Part shown: positions 1 through 11,964 of the stretch, piece after piece
How the letters are laid out: each line of letters starts with the position of its first letter
How positions within the stretch are numbered: position 1 is the stretch's first letter
NCBI GenBank assembly: GCA_964035575.1
Contig: OZ037843.1
Coordinates: forward strand, 1,736,001-1,800,000
DNA length: 64,000 nucleotides
DNA from: Rhynchopus sp. YZ270_cl-10
Lineage: Eukaryota
Direction: 5' to 3'
Translations under genes and position numbers: made by a program
The notes under the pieces: generated by a model
Databases searched by the model: none
What the model was told of the DNA's origin: nothing
What the model saw: the letters and a program-made list of their open reading frames with translations, nothing else

Positions 1-1299
1 CACAAAACGATTGCGTTGTACGCAAACCTTCTTGTGCCGAGAGAGTCTGTGATGCACTCGATTGATGCGTCGACGAATGCAATCCGTGCGAAGGTGGCAT
101 CAGATCTGTCCTCTGCAGACACACAGAAGGAGGATGCGGTGACTGTGATGGCGATTGTGACGGCTGTTGCGGTTATCGGACTTCTTGCCATTGCTGTTGT
201 GTTCACACGCTACATCACGTCACCTCTGCTGAAGCTTGGGAGTGAGATGGCAAGTGTGGCTGTGATGGACCTGGAGGCTGTGGACACGGGCCGTGCAGTG
301 TCGCAGCTGAGTGAAGTGGGGATGATGCAGCGCAGCTTTGTTACCATGGTGGCAAACCTGGTGGAGTACCGGAACTACATGCCGCAGAGTGTGCTTGTCA
401 ACGACACTGAGAATGAGGAAGTGTCCGTAACAAAGTCCTCACGGGAGACGAGGTCGCAGTCAGGCATGTCCGGTCATTCACCTACGACACAGAGTTCAGT
501 TGTTGAGATACAGAACCAGAAGGCACTGCTGCGTGTTCAAGGGATGAAGAAGAAGAAGGTGTCGTTGGCACATATGAACGTCGTGTCGTGGCACGCCTTC
601 TGCAAGAAGCGCAAGGACGCAGAAGTGCTCTCCGCACACGGTGGTGTGATTGAGACGATCCTGACAGCAGTGCAGCACAACAAGGGTGTATGCGACACGT
701 TTGCTGGCGACAAGATGCTTGCCACCTTCAACGCCTTTGTTCCGAAGCCGTCACACAGTGTTTCCTGTGTGAAGGCTGCACACGAAGCAGCAAAAGCACT
801 TGGTGATGTGCACAAGATCTCGTATGGGTGCACGACAGGCGAGGCACGTGTCGGGAACATGGGTTGCAACGGGATGAAGAAAGTGTCGATTCTTTCACAG
901 TCCATGTCGTGGGTGGTTGTGCTTGAGCGTTGGAACAAGAAGTGCAACCTACCTGGTGTCATTGACCGTCATGTGTCACGTGAGGCTGAGGGACAGGTGG
1001 TGTTCCAGTGTGCAGGTGCTGTGCTGTACGAGAAGTTCAGTGAGAAGACACAGACTGTGTTTGCTGTGAAGGGTCTGTGCAGCAGCGAAAACGAGGAGTG
1101 GATGTACCAGCTGGAGTCTGCCTCAAACAACCCTCACGCACTGTGGAACGAGGTCTTCGAGCACATCATCAAACAGGACTTTGAGAAGGCGTCTTCTCTG
1201 CTGGACAGCGTCGCTCAGGACCAACGCACACCTTACGAAGAGCTTGTGGGCTATGTGGAGGCGAAGGCTTATGCACCGTACGTTGTGGAAATGCACTGA
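1..1299 (+). CDS. Receptor-type adenylate/guanylate cyclase-like protein (TM-HAMP-class III cyclase-like domain), 5'-partial
   Basis: Frame open from base 1; TM helix (VTVMAIV..AVVF), HAMP-like ITSPL..SEV..M..SF, YRNYMPQ linker, FAGDKMLATFN and G..TGEARVGNMG cyclase motifs; first metal-binding Asp appears replaced by Asn (HMNVV). Confidence 0.8.
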   Translation, partial: HKTIALYANLLVPRESVMHSIDASTNAIRAKVASDLSSADTQKEDAVTVMAIVTAVAVIGLLAIAVVFTRYITSPLLKLGSEMASVAVMDLEAVDTGRAVSQLSEVGMMQRSFVTMVANLVEYRNYMPQSVLVNDTENEEVSVTKSSRETRSQSGMSGHSPTTQSSVVEIQNQKALLRVQGMKKKKVSLAHMNVVSWHAFCKKRKDAEVLSAHGGVIETILTAVQHNKGVCDTFAGDKMLATFNAFVPKPSHSVSCVKAAHEAAKALGDVHKISYGCTTGEARVGNMGCNGMKKVSILSQSMSWVVVLERWNKKCNLPGVIDRHVSREAEGQVVFQCAGAVLYEKFSEKTQTVFAVKGLCSSENEEWMYQLESASNNPHALWNEVFEHIIKQDFEKASSLLDSVAQDQRTPYEELVGYVEAKAYAPYVVEMH

Positions 1300-1387
1300 T
1301 GCTACGCACATCTGACTCTCTGGTGCACTTCCACACAAAATTTCGTGATTTTTACCAAAAACAAGTCGATTTTTGAAAAAATCTTTA

Positions 1388-3113
1388 CTGGGGGGGGGCG
1401 AATAAGAGATGTGGCATCTCTTATTAGGCGAACGGACGAGCCAGAAATAAAAAAAATTTTTTGGGGGAAAAAAAGCAAAAAGACATTTTCGCCGGAGGCA
1501 AAAAAAATATTTTGACCACTTTTTTGCCAGACCGGGTAGACAGGGTAAAATTTCAAAAAAAAATTTCAAGATAAAACCCTGTCGCATGCAAAAAAAAAAA
1601 AAAAAAAAATACCCCCAAAATCTCCAGGGTAGATCCTTAGCGAAAGTGAAAATAAGGATTCGAGAGTTTTTATTTTTTTTTCCTTTTTTTTTTTCCTTTT
1701 TTCTCTGGCCCATTTTTTTGGTTACCTACTAATTTCCAGCCACAGAGTGGCACCACCACGGTCCGCAATCGATCCGGAAAGTCAAAATAAGGGGAAAACC
1801 AAAAGGAAAAAAAGTAAAAGTTCGCTACCGTTTTTTTGGCTGGCCTTCTGCCCGCCAATGCCCCTTTAATATTTGTCTTCACTTCATAAGACAAGGACCA
1901 ATGAGTCAGTGTCACCTTGCATAAGACAATTTTGAAGCATATTTTTGAAGAACACAATTACTATGTCCACAAACCCGCAAAGCGGACCATTGTAAAAAGG
2001 TTGGTGCTGAGGGTGGAGGTTTCGAAGAAGTGCGTGTGTGTTAAAGGTCGGGTATGAGTCACCTGTACGGAGTATGAGATCCAGTAATAAAGACTTCAAC
2101 CGGACCAAGGCAGAAACACAACACTGTTAGGCCAAAATCCAAAAACCCATAGGGCCCCAGTATTGTTGTCGAAAATCCCCACTTAATTTTTGGTGGGATT
2201 TTGAACTTTGCCCAAAAACTGCGAAAAAAAATTTCCGCTCGCTGCGCTCGCGGAGGTTCACCCAATGCGGTCTCGCCTACCCAAACTGCTGGTGCCTATT
2301 TAATTTTGAAAATTTTCTTGCTAATGCCGGGCTACCACTTTTCAGAATGTTTCTAGAAAGTATTACCCTTGTCAGAGGGCGCAGTGTCCGACAAGGGTCA
2401 CAGCCAGAATGTGATTTAATTGTTCAAATGCCGAAGGAAAAGGAAGCATGCGAAAGAATAAAAGTAGCGTACCGTGCGCCTGCGGCGCAGCTTGCAGCCC
2501 TGTTTGGCAGTAAAAATGTGCAATTTTGAGCGCAATTTTTTGAAATGTTGCGTACCGTGGCTTCGCCATGGGTGCCACGACCGCCGTTTCTTTTCGTAAA
2601 TATACTGTCACTGCGCGTGCCTGGTGCAAATATCAATACAGTGCCGAACTCCGCAGTAGGATCCGAGGAATTCTCACATTCCGCCGGAGGCCCTAACGAG
2701 CTGGGTTGGGCTCGACCGAGTTTCAGCGAAAACCCCCAAAACCTATATTATCCCCTGGGGTTTAGTTATACGACAGCTGAGATGTGTAAAAAAACACCAC
2801 TATTCTGCCTCAGTACAGTACCAACCTGCTTGTTGGATTTTTTTTTTTAGACCGTCACTCAATTTTTCCGCTCGCTGCGCGAGCGGACAAACCATCAACC
2901 CCCACGATTTCCCAAAAACCTGAAAGTTAGCGTCAGGCCTGCGCGGAAAAATTTCAAAAACGGGAGAGAAAAAAAAGGAAAAAAACGAAAATAAATCTGG
3001 GGTTTTTAGCGTTTTTAGCGAAAATAAGGATCTACCCTGAAAATCTCAACCTGATCTCTTATTCGGCCCTGATCTCTTATTCACCCCTGATCTCTTATTC
3101 GCCCCCCCCCCAG
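1388..3113. mobile_element. Non-autonomous TIR element (MITE-like), TA target duplication
   Basis: TA|CTG(G)nCGAATAAGAGAT at 1388 and ATCTCTTATTCG(C)nCAG|TA ending 3113; subterminal inverted CAGGGTAGATCCTT / AAGGATCTACCCTG; no transposase ORF. Confidence 0.8.
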
Positions 3114-4370
3114 TAAAAAAAAAATCCCAATTTTTTTTTTCACAAGTGTTTTTGAGGCCTGCTCACTACACCCTAGGTACCCTTCTGGGACCAAAAAGTC
3201 AAAAAAAGCAAGAATTGAGCTGTTTTGAGCATCTAGAGTTTATTCCCCGGCCATTTTTCTGCACCACCAGTGCATTTTGTATGGGCCAGCGCCTTGTCAA
3301 AAAATCGAAAAATCTCAAAAAAAAAAATTTTTTTTCGGGAAAATTTCGACCCCTGAGTTGGGTTTTTGGGCACCAAAAAGTGCAAAAAAACGCAAAAATC
3401 GGGTGTTTTGACGATCTGGGGGTAAACATATGCATTATGCACCTTATGCATTACTACAGGGCCCACAATTTCGACTTTTCCTTAGCAAATTCCGTCACAT
3501 TTTTTTTTTTTTTTTCGATTTTGGCAAAGGCAAATCTCAGGGAAAAAAAAAATCACCCCGATAGTGGGTCCTTGGGTGTCCAAAGATGCCAAAAACACAA
3601 AAAAATTGATGTTTTGACCATCGGTGGGCACCTAAAACGCACTTTTCTGCCCAAAAAAAAATGAATATCGATTTTTCCTTAGCGTTCTTATAGCCGTGAT
3701 TTTTCAGTTTTTTTTCACAAAAAAATTCACCAAAAATAGTGTGTCCTTGGGAGATCAAAAACGCAAAAAAACGCAAAATTTTGGTGTTTTGACCCTTCAG
3801 AAGCACCCAAAACGCACTTTTGTGTACAAAAACACACATATTTCACATTTCCTTAGCAATTCCTTTCACCAGTACAAGGCGATTTTTGACCAGACAAAAA
3901 AATTTTTATTGCTCAAAAACGGGCGTGGTAGGCACCCGAAGTCATAAAATGGCCCAAAGAATCCAAAAAACCTCAGAAATACATGTTCGTGAAAAACATT
4001 TGCAAGTCAAAATTCAACCACAATACGGTCATTTTGTGCATACCCTGTGACTGTAGTGGCTAGAGAACACGCATGCAGACCTGTTCCTTGCAATTTCCAG
4101 TGTTGTGTTTATCAATGCATGCATCCAGAGGACCTTTGGTTTACAAAATCGTAGGCACTCCTGAGCAATGAAGTCGGTTTTTGACCCAAAATCGGGGTGT
4201 GTGGGCCCTAATTTGCTCCAAATTTGGCCGAAAATTGGGATTTTTCTGAAAATTTCATTGTGCTCAGCAAAAATCCTTGCTTTTTTGAAGAATTTTCCAA
4301 AAAATATGCTATACCCCCTATGACTGGACCCAACTCCCCTCACCCTTTTTTTTTTTCACCCAAAAGCATA

Positions 4371-6835
4371 CAAGTATAACGGCCGTCACGACGGGAATAA
4401 ATTTTTTTTGTCGGGGAGGTCACGGCCGTGAAGAAAATCTGAAAAATTTAACGGCCGTGAAATTTTGCATTGATCACGGCCGTGAAATATTTCCACGCTT
4501 TTTGCTTGTTTCTTCTTTTTCGTTCGTAGACAGGGCCAGACCCCCTTTCCCATCCCTCCCAAGTCATTCTTGGGGGGTAAAAGCAACATAAAAAGTGCAA
4601 AAAAAATTGGCCCCACTGCGATTGGGAAGCTGACGACACGAATGAGCACTTATGGTGGTCCTGCCCTGCCTGCAATGCTTTACGCTCAGATCCTAGTTTC
4701 CACTCCGTCACAACTGCTGACAGGTCGCCGTGGCCTAACTGTGTGTCGAACTGTGGAGTTATCCCTACTGCCCTGAAGGACAGTATTGATGCTACCTCCA
4801 GCGTCTGATGGGGAGCATCCTCATACACCGGTTGTCTCTGAACAACAGCCTCCGTATCAACAATCTGCCACTCACGCCTGGAGAACAGCTCAGCTGCAAC
4901 CTTTGTTCCGTCCCCACTATGACTTCGACCGGATTCCACTCTCACAGGAAATGGACTTATTCAAACCATCACCTGCGTGCCCTCCGCTCCTGGCTCTCCT
5001 CACTGCACTGGTCTCCCGCTGCCCGCCCACGTTTTCACCCCACTGTTCATTGTGGTTGGAGCGTGGCATTTCTGAGCACTTGTATGTGCTCCGGGTTCTT
5101 CGGAGTGGCATATTTCTCGTGTTTCAGCACTTGTAACCCGGTTCTTGAGCAAAGTACTCTTCTCATATTTGATGGGCTTTCCGTTGTTGAGCACATCAAT
5201 ACTGTGAGACGAACCTCATCTGTGTTGAACCATTTGCAGTGTTCTTCAGCTTCCAGTGCAAAGTCTTCCGACAGAATCAGCACACCATTGAACAACTGGT
5301 CACGCGCACTATCCTCCGTCTTTTTTGTCGGAAAATAGACCGCATCACGTTCTGGACACCTCTGGATCTTCTTCGCTACGTTGGCGAGAAAGGCGCAGAG
5401 GGAGGGGTCCACCCTTTTGCTCCCGTGAACTTGTACTGTTTGTCCGACGACGTTTTCTTTCAGGTAGGGTTAGGTCCTGGGCTGTACCTTAAATTGCATC
5501 CGGGGGTCTGTTCCTCCAGAAACTCTATGAAGGTGTTGACCGCTCGAACCGATGTCTCCTACCTGAGAGATTACAAAACAGGAGGCGAGGAGGGGTATGT
5601 GGGGCGTTTTTGTGCCTTCAGGGTCTTTTTGTTTTTCAGCAACCCTGCCTCTCCTTTATCACCAGTGAGTCTTTGTCATTCTGTTGGGGTATGCGGGACT
5701 TCCCCTAGTCCTCAGGGTCTAAGCGCCCCTGCCCTCTTTTAAGCAAGTTCACCCTGGAAGGGTATATAAATGCTGGGTCAGGCTGGCTCCACTATGCTAT
5801 GATGGGTGCTCGCACCCGGAGCATAAATAGCCAGCGGTCAGGCCAGAGTCGCTCTGCGGAGTCTCTCTGCCACGCCTTTGGGTTACGGTGTGCTGCCTGT
5901 AAGGACGTCCATGTATATCCCTAAGAGAAAGGGTGAGGCCCAACTGTCGGTACAGCATGGGGCGCCAAGAGAGAGATGTTGTGACCCCCCTGCCCTCCCC
6001 TTTTTGTGTTTTTGGGTTTCTGCTCTCTTGTGTAGACTATCGTGCACCAAGCGTTGGGTGCAGCGAACTGCAGTACCTGTAAGCTCACAACTCTTCAACG
6101 GAAGGTGGGCCGCCGGCTGTCGAGCGGTTGTGAACCGCCCTCGTTCTCTTACGGTACGGGCCAGTCATTAGGTTTCCTTTTTGCATCTTCTGTTGTTGGC
6201 CGCAGGGTACTTGTGCTTTCATCCGGATGGCTGGCATCATAAGTGGGTCAGTCGGAGGTGCCTGCATTAATAACTTCACTTTCTTTGGCACAAGAGTGAT
6301 GAACGGGGTTTGAGTGAGTCCAAACACATCCTTCTCGGGCAAAGAGTAATTAGAGGTTGTGAGACGCTCGGGACGCTGAACTGAAAGGCAGTGTTGAAAC
6401 CAGAAGATTACAGATGGCGGGTCAGATGCTGTGTCACTTACCCCATCAGGTAGATGAGAGCCAGCACCTTCAGAGCAGTGAACACAACACACCGTGGGCA
6501 CAATACATGTGCCAAAAGGCAACAAGACCCTACAAGAGTAGTACCCAGCGCAGTTTTCTGTGCGATACCACTTAACCGGTCCTCTCCTGCCCTACCCTCC
6601 TTTTCTTCAGGGGTAAAAATCAGGTGGGATGGTTCTTGAGTGGCACTTTTTCTCATATTTCACTGTGTCTTCCTTCAAAGACTTGTACAAAAATTTCACG
6701 GCCGTTGTTTTTTTTTTAACGGCCGTGAAATTTTTGTACGCTTTTTTTTCACGGCCGTTTTTTTTTATTTTTCACGGCAACGACGGCAGTGGGTCGAGCA
6801 TTTTTTTTTCATTTCCGTGACGTCCGTTTTACTTG
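4371..6835. mobile_element. TIR element with TA duplication and CACGGCCGTG subterminal repeats, carrying degraded coding-like cargo
   Basis: TA|CAAGTATAACGGCCGTCACG ... CGTGACGTCCGTTTTACTTG|TA; several ACGGCCGT motifs inside each end. Confidence 0.8.
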
Positions 6836-7165
6836 TATGCAAAAGGGCCGGAAATTTTACACACTAATACACAAACTTACGGACCCCCCCAATTTGTACC
6901 GTTGTCACTTGAAAAAAAAAATATTCCATCCTAAGTAACAAAATTCCCGCCCCCAGACCCCCCCCCCTAGGGGATACGACTCCAGCCATTTTGGCTGGGA
7001 CCAAACGCACGGAAAATTCATTTGGCATTATCTGGCCATCTCCAAGGCAACTGCGGGTGAAAAACACCCTCAGAGTGGGTCACAGGGGGCCTGTGGGTCG
7101 AAAAACGACCCAGAAGCCACCCCAGAATACAAAAAAATGGAAAAAAATAGTGAAAAAACGGCTTT

Positions 7166-7971
7166 TTTCACGTTTTGGCCACTTTGGGCAAAATAGCGAT
7201 TTTTCGAGAAAAAAATCAAAAACCGGGATATTTTTTGACATCACAAAGCCTCCTTTGGCACAAATATACCCCAAAAGTGGCCTGTGAGTCCATTCCAACC
7301 TGTTTTGGACATATTTGACACTTTTGGAAGTGTTTTTTTGGTGTTTTTAGGTCAAAAAAATGCCCAAGACGTCCCCAAGACATCCCCAAGACACTTTGCA
7401 CACCCCCTGTTACGGTCATATTTTTTTCGTTTTTTTGCCTGAAACCCCCAAAATACCCCTCCCGGACCCCACATAGTCCCGAATATCCATCACACACCCA
7501 CTCAGAGTGAGTAGAAGCACCCCAAAAAAAATATTTTTTAAAGCCCTAAAATTGTGCTTCAGTTTCGGCAGCATCCATGTTGAAGTTGAAGGGCTTTAAA
7601 AAATATTTTTTTTGGGGTGCTTCTACTCACTCTGAGTGGGTGTGTGATGGATATTCGGGACTATGTGGGGTCCGGGAGGGGTATTTTGGGGGTTTCAGGC
7701 AAAAAAACGAAAAAAATATGACCGTAACAGGGGGTGTGCAAAGTGTCTTGGGGATGTCTTGGGGACGTCTTGGGCATTTTTTTGACCTAAAAACACCAAA
7801 AAAACACTTCCAAAAGTGTCAAATATGTCCAAAACAGGTTGGAATGGACTCACAGGCCACTTTTGGGGTATATTTGTGCCAAAGGAGGCTTTGTGATGTC
7901 AAAAAATATCCCGGTTTTTGATTTTTTTCTCGAAAAATCGCTATTTTGCCCAAAGTGGCCAAAACGTGAAA
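7166..7971. repeat. Long inverted repeat: 382-bp arms (7166-7547, 7590-7971), 42-bp spacer
   Basis: Arms are reverse complements; identical mirror ORFs at 7216-7497(-) and within 7577-7921(+). Confidence 0.95.
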
Positions 7972-7983
7972 CATGTGAGGCAC

Positions 7984-8156
7984 GTTACATGTAACTCACT
8001 TGTAACTCACTTGTAACCCACCAGTTACAACCTGATTTTGCCTGTAATTCATGTATCCCACTTGTAACTCACTTGTAACTCACTTGTAACGGGTTTTCAC
8101 TTGTAACGTTACATGTAGCTTCACTTGTAATGTACTATACTTCACCGTCGTGTAAC
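7984..8156. repeat. Degenerate short tandem repeat (TGTAACTCACT-like, GTTACATGTAAC palindromes)
   Basis: Repeated CACTTGTAAC units. Confidence 0.7.
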
Positions 8157-8642
8157 ATGGATTGGAATAATGGGCCTTCCCCCAGCAATTTTTCTAAATA
8201 CAAGGTCCCTGACCCCCATTTTCACAAAAAAATTGGCCTATTTCTACAGCCATATTTGTACGGCAAATCTCTAACACTATTTATTTCAAATGTGTGTTTT
8301 CGGGTTTAAATAGCTGTTTAGTGGGGTTCTACTCCACTAAATAAATCGAGCAAAAATATGGTGAACTCAGAGGAGGGGGTCATTCGGTTCGAAAAACGCA
8401 ATTTTGGGCAATTAGAGCAAAAACAACGCCCTCAAATACAAGAATCAGTTTTGGAAAATCCCACTTTTTGGCTGAGTGTGTTTAAAATAAATTTTATGAA
8501 AACGGCCAAAAAAAAAAGGGGTCTTCTATTCGCCCCCCCCAATGTTGTTTTCAAAAAAGCAAACAGAACATTAAGTTGATTGTTTCCTTTCTGATAGTCG
8601 TTGTTACTGTGCACTCACAAAAAGTGCTCTTTTCTTTCTTTT

Positions 8643-8717
8643 AGCCCTTGCTCCTTCTGATGAGCGCGGTCAAAGGGCTGTTATCCTGGTCAAGGAGCAG
8701 ACCGCCGAAACCAGAAC
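8643..8717 (+). ncRNA. Hammerhead ribozyme-like motif with non-canonical strand order
   Basis: CTGATGA 8657-63, GAAA 8707-10, GTC 8689-91; stem I TGCTCCTT/AAGGAGCA, stem II G(C)GCGGTC/GACCGCC, stem III ACCAG/CTGGT. Confidence 0.7.
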
Positions 8718-11700
8718 TTTTTTCCTTTTTTTTTTTACCCGTTTGCTAACGACATCAAAATATAAAGACCCCCCCTTTTTTTTTTTTAAAAAAACATTTT
8801 TCTTTTCTTGTAGTGAGGCTTCAACAGGAATTAGTCGCTATCTCAACAAAGAAGCGCACCTACCTCTCAACTTCCAAAGTACTACAATGAAATGCAATAC
8901 AAAACAAACAGAGTAGCAAAAACAAGAACAAAAATAAAAACAAAGTTGAAACAAACTTTACAAACTTTTTCAAACCCCCCAATGTTGTTTTTAGGTACAA
9001 AAACGTCTGGGGTGCTTCTTTAGCTCTGTCGGCACACAGCCTCATCGGCGTGTTGCTCTTCTTCTGTTTTTTGCGTCTTTGTCATAAATCAGTCTGACAT
9101 TTAAATCCCTGTTAGTTTATTATTTCCCTAGTTTCGAGTGCGAAACGTTTCCCCATGTATTGTACGGGAAAGAAAATGACAAACAGCTGCAGGGTGGTTC
9201 CGTGCATATCATAGAACCTGGCACCTGGTGTGTCTGAAGGAAGGGAAAGTAAAATCATTTGAGCTATTTGCTGGGTCGTTTTTGTCATGACTTTTTTTGA
9301 TTTGTGTCGAAGTTGTTTTGCCTTGAGATGCGGGGATGCACGATTACGCCCACACTTATCAGTGGTCCTCTGCATCTGACACGCCCTGCAGGGTCGTGTG
9401 AGTGACGCAGTGTCACTCCTAGAGAGCGTTGCGCACGGCTGTGGCACTGTGGCAGGCGCTCTGCAGGGTGTCCTGCTGTCAAGAGTTTTGTTATGAACAA
9501 GATAAAACAATAATCTCGCGTTTCTTGAAGCAGTTCTCCAGAGCACATGTTTTTCTCTATAATGCGTACTGTTTTTCCAAACTAGTACAATATTGTGAAG
9601 TCCGCGAAAATAAAATAGTGCGTATGACGACTGTAGTGTCGACGCTTTGCTCCCAAAAGGCGTTCTTCTGCATAATTCAACTAAAACACCATACACCAAA
9701 GAGCTGTGTGCCCACACCCACCCACCCTCACCATGTGTTTTACACTTGTACGAGAAGGCTTTGTTAAGAGAACCTATTTGTTTCGTGGATTGGTTTATTC
9801 CGCAAACCCGCAAGTTTGGGGGTTTGCAGCCGCGTTATTTTTGCCCAGCACCCCTCAGATACCACAGCCGCGTTGAAGCCTGACAACGATTGCACCTTTA
9901 AAGTCGAAATGGATACAAACCCAATGACAAACCTTTGCGAATCCTTGTTGATGTGTGTGCCAAGGCGCTTTCATCCTTCGCGTGTTTAATTGTTTTCCCC
10001 TTTCCGCAGGCTTCTTGTCTTCTGACAAAAAGGTAAACTGACAAAAGCAAACACCCCATTGCCCCTTCTCTGTTTCATTCTATTTGTTGATTTGAATCCA
10101 TCGATAATATACCTTTTAGATCAGTTCTCTGTTGTCTGTGTTCCCTCTACGCCACTTCTGTTGTGCAGTCTCAATGTGTGGCGGAGCAGCATTCTCGCAC
10201 ACACTTTACCACCTACCATGTGCCTGCGTCGGTGTACGGTGGGGATTTGCTCTGGGTTGCAATACAGTGGTGGAGCAAACAGTGCACAGGTAGAACAAGT
10301 TCCAGATTTCTTCTTGGCACGGTATTTGGCAATAAATTTTTATTTACACTGCAGGTCTTTTCTAAGCTTAGAGGCGTAGGTTGGTCTGAAGACCCTTTTG
10401 TACTCTTTTTGATTGTAGCACTCGAGCAGTGTTGTGTCAGAATATGTGCAGAGCCGTAGCCTCAGGGGAATAATCAATGTGTGCATGTGAGGCATCTTCA
10501 TGAGTCAGTATCGGTACAACTTCGTACAACTAGCAAACTTTGTTTCGTTTCCCGTTTTCCTGCAGCACATGTGTGGGTGAAGATAGTATTTCCCCATGTT
10601 TGCAACTGCAACTTCGTAAGTCAGTATCGGTCTGCGAATCAAATTGAAAACGGCGTGTTTGCGCTTCATATTGAGGATAGAGAAACTGAAAAGTCATGAA
10701 AATACAAAACTGAGGAACAGCCACTCTGCCTCAGCAGGGTGAACGAAAGGATGGTGGCCACGTTCAACACATTGCACATCCTCGGGTGTCCACACTAATA
10801 CAACGAAGCTTTCAATATTACTTAAACCTACATGATGTAACATCCTCAAACTTTTCTACAAATGATTTCATTGAACGCAACCCCGGGTAGGTGGTGCAGT
10901 GCACCCCGCCTCGGGGAGGTTCGGGGTCTACCAGCTTTCAGCGCCTTTTTGCACTGGATCGGTACGTCACTGACGGGTGCATATTCGCTCCGTTGCAGGA
11001 TGGCAGGGATGTTTGTCTGCAGTACCAGGCCTGTTGTCTTCCCGAGACGGACAACCTCAATAGAGATGGAAAACATAATAAAGTGAAGGACACGACACTG
11101 CACTAGACTACACTACAGTACACATGCCGGGCAGGGCACATCCCGCAACAAAGCACCACTGGGACTGCGACGAGAAGAAATGGATGACTTCGAGAACCTC
11201 CCGAGATCGGAGACAAGATCGGCCAGGGCGGGATGCGCGTTGCGTACGACTGCACCAACAGGTCGAGGTGTGTGCGTTTCACCACAACCTCTCCCTTTTG
11301 TCTTTATTGTCTTTATTTATTGTTTGCGGGGGGTGGGGAAACACAAAAAGGAAAGTGGTGGAGTGTGGTTTCAATTTCAAATGTAATTCGGAACCCATTC
11401 CGTTTCCGCCCTGGAAGCTTTCTGGAGGCGGCCTTTCATTTATTCACCCCTATTTGATATGGCTACGCATGGCGAGGCTTAGCAGCACTCTTCTTTTAGA
11501 TGTATATAGACAGAAGGCGCATTCATCTTACAAATTTTCTATTTTTCCCCCTCTTCTTCTTTGGACTCAACAAAAGAAAATAATTCAGTCGGAGGTGCCT
11601 GCATCAACAACTACTGTTTCAAGTCGAATGTCTTTTCATTTCCCTCAACCCCCTACCCATGCACACCCACCCCGTTCATGTCTAGAGTCAACTATTAAAC

Positions 11701-11964
11701 AAAATGAAATACCCCCACCCTTTCTTTATTCGTTTACTGTTCACTGTTCACTGATGGCATCCATCCTGGGTAAAGACTCATGAAGTAACCCGAAGAACGC
11801 AGATCTCATTTGGAGGCGTCCTTCACTGCACAAGTGGCACAGTGAAGCCATACTGCGTGATGCCGGGTGCTTATCCCCTCCTCTGTCCACACACCTCTTC
11901 ACAAAGAGTAACGTCACTCACCAGTGAGACACACAACATAAGACACAGCAACGACACACAAGCA

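Noticed and set aside
5761..5920. GC-rich structured segment with GGGTATATA/TATATCCC ends, loosely like the retrotransposon 3' UTR (32620-32760)
   Set aside because: No ribozyme core or alignable identity found by eye
9100..11900. Several 70-230-aa ORFs
   Set aside because: No recognisable motifs or consistent exon structure
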